Source of the DNA: Minutocellus sp. GHC0000111
Lineage: Eukaryota
NCBI GenBank assembly: GCA_977018835.1
Contig: OZ361259.1
Span: 496,001 to 560,000, forward strand
Reading direction: 5' to 3'
Length of the DNA stretch: 64,000 nucleotides
Numbering within the stretch: the stretch's first letter is position 1; the number at the start of each line of letters is the position of its first letter. The notes beneath the pieces are model-generated. The model did no database searches. It had not been told where the DNA came from and saw only the letters and a list, made by a program, of their open reading frames with translations. Made by a program: the position numbers and the translations under genes. Below, piece by piece: positions 47,600 through 57,981 of the stretch.

Positions 47600-48170
47600 A
47601 ATAACATGAGCAAATCAAATCTTGCCATGCATCGAGATCGGCAGACAGCAAATGCCGTCTGACCATCGCCATCGCTGGAACCTTCCGGGTTCAATCTTCT
47701 TCCATCCATTCTTTGAAAGATTTTCCATTATCATTTGGAGTTCTATTGTAGCCATGCTTATCTTCATCCCACAAATGCTGGTACAATCGAAGCAATCTTT
47801 TTCCCATCTCGCACTCAAAATTCTTACACTTATCATGATCCAATATATATGTCATCTTTCCATGCCAAACACCCATGGCACACTAGCAATCCTTTCAAAT
47901 ATCCACCACATTTGCCTTCATAATTTGTAGATTTGTGATCTCTGTCCCCTGTCCGAATTTGTAACATCCATTGTCCAAGCAAACAGTACCATAGCAATCT
48001 TTGCTTTTGCACACCAAGCACATTACGATGAGACTATTCTCGTGCAAGCCCGTATGCGAGAGATTCGCGCTGTGTCCACAAATATCTTTTGCTCGGCTGT
48101 GCACTCAAATCATTCACACACAACAAATAAAGAATTGCATCCTTTCCCTGCCTTTTCTTCCGTATCCTCC
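47600..48170 (-). pseudogene. Degenerate coding relic of unknown family
   Basis: Short overlapping minus-strand ORFs (47895-48104, 47833-48021, 47691-47876) read like one frameshifted gene. Confidence 0.3.
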
Positions 48171-48415
48171 TGAGATGCTGCACGAACGACAGCATGCGGC
48201 ACAGCATGCTTTAAACGCCCGCAACAACTACAACACAACTACACGTGAGACAGTCGAACCCGGTACCGGTACATGTAGTCGAAACAAGGAGCTGCTGCTC
48301 CATTTTCATAATTAGAAATGCTAGAGGGGAGGCAATAATAAACTGAGACAGCGACTCGCGCGGAAAAGACGGAAAGTAAAAATAGGCCACGGAAAGTCAA
48401 AAGCAACCACACAAG

Positions 48416-49345
48416 AAATCCTCGGTCCTACCGAGAGCTATAGCGCAGACCCGCCAGTTGCATTCCCAAAAGTCAGTGTTCGCTCAGTCACAGATTCTGC
48501 ATGTATACGGTTCCAGTAAGAAGTTTCAAACAATCCGGGTTTTGTTCAATTTTTATCGACAAAAGCAAGCACACTTCTCATGGATGTTCAATAAAACTCG
48601 GCCTCGGAAAGCACAGTTTTGATTCATTTAGCGCACCTCTACTCCTTTAGTCAGGCAAAACCAACAACAACAATCGCCACGATAAAAAAATAAAAATTGC
48701 GGTGCACACAATGGACAGCGACAATTCCTACGATAAAAATAAAAACGACTGCTCATGCTACTGCCCGTAGGCCTACCTAGGTAAGTGCCACGTAACAGGT
48801 GCCACCGTAGTTTAAACAATGTAGCATTCTGAGATTGGCTCAAATACCTGATTATTCTTTAAACTTTGATTGGCTCAAATACTTTAATTTTTAAACTTTA
48901 ATTTAACTCAATTTGCTGCTGTGCTGGTGCAATTTGTCCTCTTCCTTGTGCTCGTTCCTTGCATAGCTCAATTGCCGTCTCCAATTCCTCGAAAAATCAA
49001 AATCCTCCTTGTTTCCTTTGCCGCCGCTATTGATGTTGGTTACAATCTTCTGGTTGAATTTGATGCAGCACCTCACATTGTCACCAAATTGCCCCATGAT
49101 GAGCAGGTTAATCTTTAAACCAGCAACTTCTCAAATCCTCGGTCCTACCGAGAGCTATGCCAGAAAGTGTACCCTACGTACTACAGCCCGTAAACCGGCA
49201 CCACAATTGAAATGTGCTTTTTTGTAGGCCTTTGTAATTATTCCCATAATAACTTGTTCCAGTATTGACTTTCAAATATTGAGGGCTTTTGGTAATTTTT
49301 CATCGACAATATCAAGCACTTGATGAACGGAAATATAATAAATTT
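48416..49345. repeat. Diverged ~190-bp direct repeat headed by an identical 26-bp hairpin-containing motif
   Basis: aaatcctcggtcctaccgagagctat occurs at 48416-48441 and 49133-49158. Downstream of both copies the order gttccagta...tttcaaa...aattttt..atcgacaa...caagcac is shared. Confidence 0.8.
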
Positions 49346-50292
49346 CCCCCTTTTTTGTGCCTCTTGGAAAATCAAGCTTTTTCAAAATTTTGATCGGAAA
49401 CCACTTTTATTTCAAGACGTCGCTTTCACTAACACACTAACACGATTAACTGAATAGTCCTGAATAAAACCTATCGCTGAGGAAATCAATTGATCGCTGA
49501 AATTTTTGACTCGCTCGACAACACTATTCCCCACACACTACGTAGTAGGACTACTACTTCTCCCTACCTTACATGTGCTAGCTACGTAGGGAGCTACTAT
49601 GTAGCACATAGGAGGCGTATCTTGTATCTTGCACTGTGCGTAAGATACACATGATGCTTACTCGTGTACTACGTAGCAGCACATGTGCCTCGTGGCCACT
49701 GAATTCCAGTCCTTTTTTGGGTGCGCATGTGAAGATGCCCTCTGTCTTAGGTCTCTCTTCAAAAAGTTTGCTTGTTGCCATTCTTCCTAAGAGCAAACGA
49801 ATCTCATTTTGATGTTCAAGAGGCACTGAGCATTTTTGCAATATGTGCATGATTTTCTGAGGGTGCTCGGCCCATTCGTTGGTTAGTACTAGCTCATTTG
49901 CCATGATTGCCAACTATTTCATTTTTCTCCTGCTCCTTCTTTGCTGCAGAGCATGAATGAGAATCCATAATAGAAAGAAAGAACTCATTGAATTAGTTTT
50001 AAAGCTAAACTCGCCCGTTAGGGGCTCCGTACGTTTGCCAGGGTCCCTAAGCAGTGACTCTTAGGGAGTGGACACCCGCTTCGTATACGAAATCACATCG
50101 TATCAAAGATTTGAAAATAAAATAATAATTGTAGTAGACAGATAGTGAGCAATTTGCTGGCCAGAGGGTCCAGGGGGCACATTCTAGAAGTACCAAGACC
50201 GTTCACAAACCCCGTAGGGGACAAAGAAACAGTGGGGATCTCTTCGTTTTGGTTCTTAAGAAATTGGTATGGATGAATAGGTTGTGGTGACG

Positions 50293-53200
50293 TTACATTC
50301 GTCGTGGCCGGCGTCTCAGGGTTGAGGGCCGCCGCCTGCCGTTCTCTCGACGTCCGGGCGAGGCGGCATGTGAATGAGTTGTGATGTTTGTTGGACGTAG
50401 TTGGGGTTGGGGGTTGGCAGGTGAAGCGGACTTGGACTGCCGTCGCTGGCGAACAGCGGTACGACTGTCCGCTCGAGCCCGCGCCAGCCAGTTGTGAAGA
50501 AGGGCTCGTTGTAGGCGAAGTGGGGAGTCATCGTCCCCAATCCGGCGTGTCGCACGAGCGCGGGCGGCCAGCACACTGTCCAGCCAGGTCCGCTTCCAGG
50601 CGATGTCGCGCGAGAGCAGGAACCGCCTGGGCAGGCGGAAATGGTATGCCATCTCGCGAGGAAGACCCGCGCGCCCGTCGGCGTACTGCTCGCAGATCAT
50701 CCTATTGACCTCTGTTTGCCCACGGCGTTCGGCCAGGGCGCCGTCGTCCGGGAGGTGCTTTCGGCGATGCGCCCAGCACGCTTGGTAGAACGCCACGAGG
50801 GTTTTGATGGTAGTTGTGGCAACCTTGAGCGGGGACACCGTGAGCGTCGTGCCCAGGAATGTCTTCTGCCACTCGGTCCAGAGGGGGGACAGTTTACCCG
50901 TGAGCGTTTGGCGCCATCCAAGGCGGAGCTGTGCTCTCACCGCCGGATGGTAATCGGCGGCAATCCTCCGCAGGTCAGGCTGGTCATCGCTGTAGAGTGC
51001 CAAGATGGTCCGAAGGAGGGCATCTGCCAGCCCTGGTCGAACGTCTTGGTCTGTTAGCGCGTCTTCCAGGCGAGTCCACCATTTGTCCCAGATCTGTTTT
51101 CGGGAGGAGCATCTGGCCACATGTTTGACTGTTTCTTGGTGGAGGCAAGCGTGGCACCGCGGTGAAGTCCACAAGCCCCATCGGTACAGCATCGAGCCTA
51201 CGCCGCAGATTCCGGTGGCCTGCTTGGCAAGCCATCGCCTTGTCGGCCGCCCCATGCTCGCGGTAGCTTTTGCATAAGCTGCCCAGTCGACTGGGAGGAC
51301 TTCGCCGTCCCCCTTCTGCGCTTTCTGGACTGTCCAATACTCGGTAGCCTTGGCGCCATTGAGGGCTCGGTCCAACGTCTTGGTAAGCGTCGAGACGACC
51401 TTGCGACCGTGGCAGAACAGTGGCCAGACTTCGTCTTCGATGCGTTCCAGGCGTGGCTGAGCACGGGTACCGTGGGTAAAGGCCCAGTGCTCTTTGGCCA
51501 TCGCATCCATAGCGATGTTCTGCCTGGCCCACCAATCGAGGTGTTGTCCGGGGGCATCGTCCTGGTGTCCCTTGATCCACCGGCCGACCCACTGAAGAGG
51601 GCTGCGTCGCAGTTTGCATCGTATTGCCGAGACCAAGTCGAAATGAGCCTGCTCGAGCGTGGGTTCAGAGGCATCCCAGAACACCGCCCGCAGAGCGTTC
51701 TCACTATCGCAACCGACCGTGACGGTGCCATCCGTGAGGCCATGCTGTTCTACCAGTAGCTCGGTCGCGACCACTCCGGAGTATATGCCACCCAGCTCGG
51801 ACCTGGTCGAATCAATGTCGTCTGGATCGCCCGGCGTGATGTTGCACATAACCACATCCGACACGCCCTCTTCACCGTATGTTGTAACCGCAGCTGTCCC
51901 CTTGGAGTCTTTAACCGAACCGTCGCAAACGATGCGGCCGTGGCCAGATGCAATCCTGAACGCCGCGGCTGCACCGTCGTCAAGGACCGACACATCGTTC
52001 GTTGCCCATCGTCGGCTTGTCGGGCCAGTAAGGCAGCGTTCGAGGAAGGACGTCGGCGGGGGCTCCGGGTCTGGTCTGCGCACTGTGGCCACTCCCGAGC
52101 ATCGTAGGCCGCCGTGGACCCTTTGAACCTTCGTTGGCTGTGCATCGGGCGGAGAGGCTGTCACTCGTGTACCGAACTGACGAAAGACGAAGTTCGAGCG
52201 GGTGCGTTGCCGGGGTCTAGCCCTGGCGTACTTCCTCCAACTCCCGTCAGCCTGGCGATGATAGAGGGCATCAGGGTCACTTCCGAGGTACCAGGACAAC
52301 GAGGAGTCGTCCAGCCACGGGCCCAGCGGTGTGCGAAGCTCCCAAGACGAGGCCCGATGAGGGACGGTGAGAAAGCGGCACGCTGCTTTCCACACTTGAA
52401 AGGCACGGTCCGATGGTCGGCCTTGGATAGGCCATTCGGACCGCCTCTCCCGCCACGGGTCGAGTTGCCCTCGTCGGGCTGCCTCTGTAATGAAGCGGCC
52501 GTCCCCTGTAACCACGTCGGCCACGGTGTGGACTTGGAGGTACAATCGGACCTGATTGAGCATTCGAACCTTCCGTTGCGACAGCTTCATCCCGCGCAAC
52601 GCACTCATGAACGGCTGGTCGCCTTCCCGTCGGGCGTCGATACACGGTGTGTCTTCCTCCAGCCGTAGCCCCTCCATTTGCACATACTGCCAGACTCGCT
52701 TCACCAGGCAATCTGTGGCGTATTGTCCATGGAAGTCGAAGGGCTGGGAGAAGAGCGGCCCTGCTCCTCCAGATTCCACCTTGAGCCATTCGATGCTTGC
52801 TCGGAGGAGTCTGCCCGTCAAAGACTGGCGTTGGGAGTGTGCCATGACCGCCTTAACATGTCTCGTCGACATGGTAAAGAAGAGGGGTCGGAGTCCGATC
52901 CCCTGATATGCTTCTGGGGCATGGATCACATCGCGGGGAAAGGTTCGCCCGAGGCCGATCTTAGGGAGCCCTTCTCGAAGCAGCGGCTGCATTATGCTGT
53001 CGCACTCCTCTTTGGTCAGGGTAAGCGCAGCGAGAGGATATTCGAGTGTCTTCATGACCGTCGTGGTGAGGGATAGCCAGGCGTCGCTCGTCGACAGATG
53101 GCCGGATCGGACTCGGCTCGCCCAGTTATCAGCCACCGCAGTGAGCTTCTCAACAGCCTCGATATTGTTACCATCAGGAGCAAGCCATACGCCCAGTGTC

Positions 53201-56180
53201 TTCTTGGCATCGCTGGGATTAAGTCGTTCGACCGCGTGACACTGGCCGTCGCGATCTCTGACCAGGAGCGGCTCGTCAGAGTCATCGGCGTCCAGATATG
53301 ACCATTCTCCCTCCTTCCAGACGAACTCAATCAACCACCACCAACACTTGTGCGGTTTCGGGCCTCCACCTGACGCTGCCGTACCGCCAACAAAGCAGTC
53401 CACCGCCGCTTGAGTTTTGTCCATCAGCTCGAAGCCCAGAGTGCTAATGTCTGCGGCTGTGTTATACAGATTCTCGTCGTCCACAAAGGCGAAACCGACG
53501 AGCTTGACCTCGTCGCCCGACAGAGCGAGCTTGAACTGGGCCCCGTGGCCGGCATCTCGAAGCATCTCGTTGACCGGAGTAGAGACCACTGCCCAGATAT
53601 CGGGCCCCGCACCGTTGCCTTGCCCCAGCGTTTGAGGCGGGTGGGCAAAGGGGATAGCGTAGAGCGGCCCCCCGACCGTCTCGTCAGAGTCACCGTAAGC
53701 TGTACGCACATTGTACACCATCTCCTGCAGGGTCGTAAACATGCAGTGGATCGGAGCTGGGGGCAGGCCCCGGCTACGGCATGCCAGCGTAGCTGTGTTC
53801 GACGTAACGTTGTCGTAGCAGCTCACCAAGTCAATTGCCACATCCGACGCTGGGCGTTTGGACTGACGGGTAATGTCAAAGGCGAGACGGTGGTTGAGTG
53901 CCTGCTCCGGGCGCCATGCTGTTCGGCCGAGATCCCTCTCTCCCGTACGGAGGCAGAAGCCTTCAGCTGTCTCCCGAGTTCTTTGTTATTTAGATTCCAA
54001 TCGATCTCGGAGCACACAATGAACCGGCTATCCTCCACATGGTGATTACCTGGACTCTTTTCGAGGACACACGTCGTCGCCCGTCGGTATCGGCGCAGCG
54101 AATAGCCTGACCTGCTGCAAAAATTTCGCAGTGCCGAATCCAAGGCTACCAGGCCCGGCACGTGCAGCGAGGCCTTGTAATGTGCAGGCGTAATATCCGA
54201 CGGCCCGGGCGCTGTGCGTTCCTTGAGCTTCTTGACCCCTTGTACGTGCGATTCGGTGGTGATTGTACCGTCCCAATCTCGGACTCCTGGCGGTGGTTGG
54301 ATATACTGACACTGGCGTAGATACTCTGCAGCGTGGGGGTCAATGTCGTCGAGAGGGTAGTCGCACCGAAGGACAGCTTCGGCCTCGGCGGCATCGGCTG
54401 CATAGCCAAGGTCATCGAGGAGAGGAGAAGTCATCGGCGGTGGGTTGATGGTGCCTTGGCACCGCTCAGCGAAATGATCGAGGGCCTCCTTTTCCTGCTC
54501 CTCCTTAGAATTCAAATCGATCGACACCTCACGGCCTTCGCTGGTGCGCCCTCGTTTCTTCAAGACCAGTGGCTTGGAGCCCCATAGCTTGCCATTGACG
54601 GCCTTGACGCGGCGGTGACTCGTGCGCTGCTCCTCTTCCATGATGAGCCTCGTCAGTGCCTTCGCCACGGTCATGTTCCCTTCCTTGGCTTTCGCTTCGG
54701 CCAGCCCGTTGAGGTAGTGAGATCTGTTCGGACCCGCCTCTTTGGCGGCTTTCCGTTCGGCTTCTTTCAGGACTTTTTCCTTGGCCACCAGCTGCTCGAG
54801 TGACAATGTGTGAAGATCGGCTACCTCCGGCGCGACCCCGGCCGGCAGCTCCTTGCGGATCTTATGCTGGAGCCATCGTATGCGCCGGGACATGTTGGTC
54901 TTGCCGCGATGTCCCCGAGCTCGCATCTCCCTCTTGGCAATGAGCTTCCGACACAGTTGCAGCATGCGCTGGGCGTGGGCGAGGGTCGGGGAGTGTGGTT
55001 TCCCTCCCATGTGAAGTTTTCGGCATCGCTTGTCGGCAAACCAGAATCCTTGCACCGCCAACGTATCGATAGCCTCTGCTTCCGCTGTAGCCTCACGATC
55101 CGGAGGGAACGTCGCCCGTTGTTCATTGTCAAGCGCCCTCCGAATGATGCCGTGCCTCTTTGCGTGCTTGTATCGGAGCCGACCGAACCTCTTTACCACG
55201 CGAGGGTCCCTGGTCTTGCACTTCCGAGCAGGAGGAGTGACTACTGGGGGAAGAACGTTGCCAAAGATCGAAGAGTGCGAGAACTCGAGGAGCAATGTCC
55301 GGTGGTCTCGACCTCCCGGTCCCGTCGCTCCGGAGAGTATCGAGGCTTTATGAACAGCCAGTCCCGGTGAAGTGAAACAAACGTCAATGTGCCCTCTCCC
55401 ATCGATGAAAGTTGGAGGAGGGTCCGGTCCGTGAGATCGAATCATCGCCTCCGTCAGGCCCACCTTGTCTTTCTACCTTTGTCGAACCTCGTCTTGCCGG
55501 TAGTCCTCATTGATGTCTCCGACGAAGATGATCTGATCGTTACACGGCGCCTACTGGGCCTTGGCCATGTCCTTCCACAGATCCTCCAGGAACGCTTCGG
55601 TAGGACACCGGTCGTTGTCTTGGTCGTCGAAGTAGGTTCGGTGCTGTTGCCACACCGTCCCCGGGCCCGTTCTATTCTTGACTGGCCGATATCCGACGTA
55701 GATGCGAGTCGTCGCTCCCCCTCTGCCTTGGCATCGTTGCGAGACCCATCGGCCGAGTCCAGTCGGGTCGGTCTCGGGTCGGTCGATTGCCCGGTGGGCC
55801 GCCTGGTCGAAGGACAAAAGGGAGGCTCCTCCATACCGGAAGGTCCCAGCATTGGCGAGGCCGTGCACGTTGAAAGCGTCGGCCGCCCTGAGCGTCTCGA
55901 AGACGCCTCTGAACCGTTCCCGCAGCCGCTGCCCTGGGTCAAGGTTCGTCCATGGCCTGTTCGTCTCCGTCACCCCCAGCACATCCACTTGGTATTTATT
56001 CACAAATTCAATCAGTTGGTAATTTTTGTTGTCAGTCGTTTCCTCTAGGGAGCTGTCCTCCGGCATCGTACCAACATTCTGCACTGCCACCCTGAACATA
56101 TCGTCATCTTTTTCCACCACCCTATCTCCATGCCGTCGGAACCAGCGCCGCAGCCCTGATTCCGATTGAGGCAATCGCAC
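50293..56180 (-). pseudogene. LINE ORF2: AP endonuclease, reverse transcriptase, RNase H and C-terminal zinc knuckle; TAG stops at 55551 and 55473, frameshift ~53910
   Basis: APE: VAVQNVG, DVLGVTETN, GYRP, IFVGDINE, IDVCF, DHR. RT: LEKSPG, EQHGAR, DLVSCYD, GQGNGAGP, FAFVDD, KTLGVWL. RNase H: CDGS, RSELGG, GCDS, WIKGHQD, NIAMDAMAK. Zinc knuckle: CHACLHQETVKHVARC. Confidence 0.93.
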
Positions 56181-56230
56181 CGCCGTCGGTAACGATGAGG
56201 CTTGCCATTCCTCACCGCTCGGCGGTGCAA

Positions 56231-57844
56231 CTACTCGGCACCGCCGGCAGGGTCACCCCCGCCGGCGCCACCGGTCACCGCAGCATTCTCAGATTCCGCC
56301 ACCTGAGCATGCTGGGGAGCTGCTGCGTTAGCGGCTCCGCCTCCCGGCTGGGACTGGGCGTTAACTTCCTGCCCGAGTCCGTTTGTCGTCATTGATTCCA
56401 TTGACGAGATTGATGCGTCGTCGTCGTCGGTGTTAAGCTCCTTTGGAGGTCCCTTCTCGGCCTGTAGGGCACGGAGGCGGGCAAGCTCTTCCTCATAAGC
56501 GGCGATCTTTTCCCTTCCCGCGCGCAGCTCTTGGCGAGACTTTGATCCCAGCGATCCCATTGAGCTTTCGTCGTCCCCGTTGGGAACTCTGTCGAACTGG
56601 TTAAGCAACAGGTCTGGGAGAGGGCGTCTAGCCCCCATTCCGGCGCCGGCCCGTAGCTCGTTGAGAGATGGAAGGCTGCTATCGTCGTTGAAGGTGAGCC
56701 CTTGGCGAAGGTAAGCTTCTTGAGCCGCCGCCACTTGGTCATCCGGCTTCTCTTGGGCCTGCTGCTGGCCCTGCTGCCCGGCAGGCTTCCTCTTCTCTTG
56801 CTCGCGCTCCTGTACCTCCCTCTGGATCAGGTCCTCAGTCGTCAACGTCTCGAATTGGGACAGCACCCCAGTCTGAAGGGCCTTGACGTGCTCCGCCTTG
56901 CACTTCGAGATGACTGTGTCGGTCTTCTTGTCGTACGAGTAGTCCCGCTGGGCCACGATCAACGACCGTTCCAAGAAGCAGCCAGCCGCCTCTTTGCCGT
57001 ACCGCCCCATCACTCGCGGGATAAGGTCCCCAACAAAGGCGAGGGCCTGGGCCCGAAGCGAGGAATGGAAAAAGACCGACCATCCCTCTCGGCGAAGACG
57101 GTCCCTGGTGGAGGTAGGCTCTACTGCCAGGAAGAGGTCCTCCTGTCGTTCCTTCCCATCCGGGCCGACCGTCGTTACCTTCTTCTTCAGGAGGAGACTC
57201 CGAATAGTGGTGCCTTCGTCGTCCAGGACTTTGTCGACATCTCGCAGAGCTGCAATGTGTTTGGACTCGGCCATCCTTTTGAGGGCCCGTTGCTTACCCA
57301 CCAAGGCTTCGACGAACTCCAACTCCTCGGCTCCATTCGGGACGGACGGTGCCAGGATGAATTTCATCGGGCCGAAGCCGAGTTTCACCCCTCTGTTTTT
57401 GAAGGCCGAGGCGATGAGGTCGGACAGATCGTCTTCCATGGCTCGAGGGCAGAAAACATGGACGGCTTGGGTCCGGTCGATCTGGAATCCTTTTGGGACT
57501 CGCGTTGGGTCGCGGACATTAGCCACTCCGAAGGCCAGTTCAACTCCACCTCCCACCAGTTTAGTAAGCGGCTCCACCAAGTAGGAAAGGTCCATCTCCC
57601 TGGATGTGCCACAGAGCCAGTGCGGGGAGGCGGAGAGCGGAGCCGTCTGCAGTCTGCTCGGCTGAAGGTACGGCTTGCCGCAAGCCTCCGACCTGGACAG
57701 GGGCTTCTCTACCTTCTGCAGGAAGCTGAGGATCGGCATGTCGGGCACTAGCAGTCGCGCCTTGAAGTAAACTCTCTTCTTGGGTCCTGGCACCTCTGTC
57801 GTAACCTGGGAGGTGCACGTCTTAAGGTCGAACTGAGAATCCAT
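56231..57844 (-). CDS. LINE ORF1 (probably N-terminally truncated; its ATG lies in the TSD)
   Basis: A 537-aa ORF directly upstream of ORF2 on the same strand. The first codons (MDS) fall inside the duplicated target site 57834-57850. Confidence 0.75.
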   Translation of the reverse strand: MDSQFDLKTCTSQVTTEVPGPKKRVYFKARLLVPDMPILSFLQKVEKPLSRSEACGKPYLQPSRLQTAPLSASPHWLCGTSREMDLSYLVEPLTKLVGGGVELAFGVANVRDPTRVPKGFQIDRTQAVHVFCPRAMEDDLSDLIASAFKNRGVKLGFGPMKFILAPSVPNGAEELEFVEALVGKQRALKRMAESKHIAALRDVDKVLDDEGTTIRSLLLKKKVTTVGPDGKERQEDLFLAVEPTSTRDRLRREGWSVFFHSSLRAQALAFVGDLIPRVMGRYGKEAAGCFLERSLIVAQRDYSYDKKTDTVISKCKAEHVKALQTGVLSQFETLTTEDLIQREVQEREQEKRKPAGQQGQQQAQEKPDDQVAAAQEAYLRQGLTFNDDSSLPSLNELRAGAGMGARRPLPDLLLNQFDRVPNGDDESSMGSLGSKSRQELRAGREKIAAYEEELARLRALQAEKGPPKELNTDDDDASISSMESMTTNGLGQEVNAQSQPGGGAANAAAPQHAQVAESENAAVTGGAGGGDPAGGAE

Positions 57845-57981
57845 AATAGATTGGAAGATGTTTTGCTGTTGTAACCAGCACTGTGCCTTTTTGCCATGTA
57901 GCTACATGCAGCCAATGTTACAGGCCTACCTATGTGTGCCTATGATGTTTTAGGCCTACATGTAGAGCTGCCTACCTGCTA

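Larger units (their letters stand above)
49958..57850 (-). mobile_element. Non-LTR retrotransposon (ORF1 + APE-RT-RNase H; Ambal-like), 5'-truncated and inactivated; element 49975-57833 with 17-bp TSD
   Basis: The identical sequence tgagaatccataataga at 49958-49974 and 57834-57850 flanks ORF1/ORF2. The interior is visibly GC-richer than the flanks. Confidence 0.93.

Noticed and set aside
43500..49950. Helitron 3' terminus (hairpin plus CTRR)
   Set aside because: I inspected the CTAG sites and none had a convincing GC-rich hairpin at the expected spacing.
56702..57751. 349-aa plus-strand ORF
   Set aside because: It is antisense to the GC-rich LINE ORF1.
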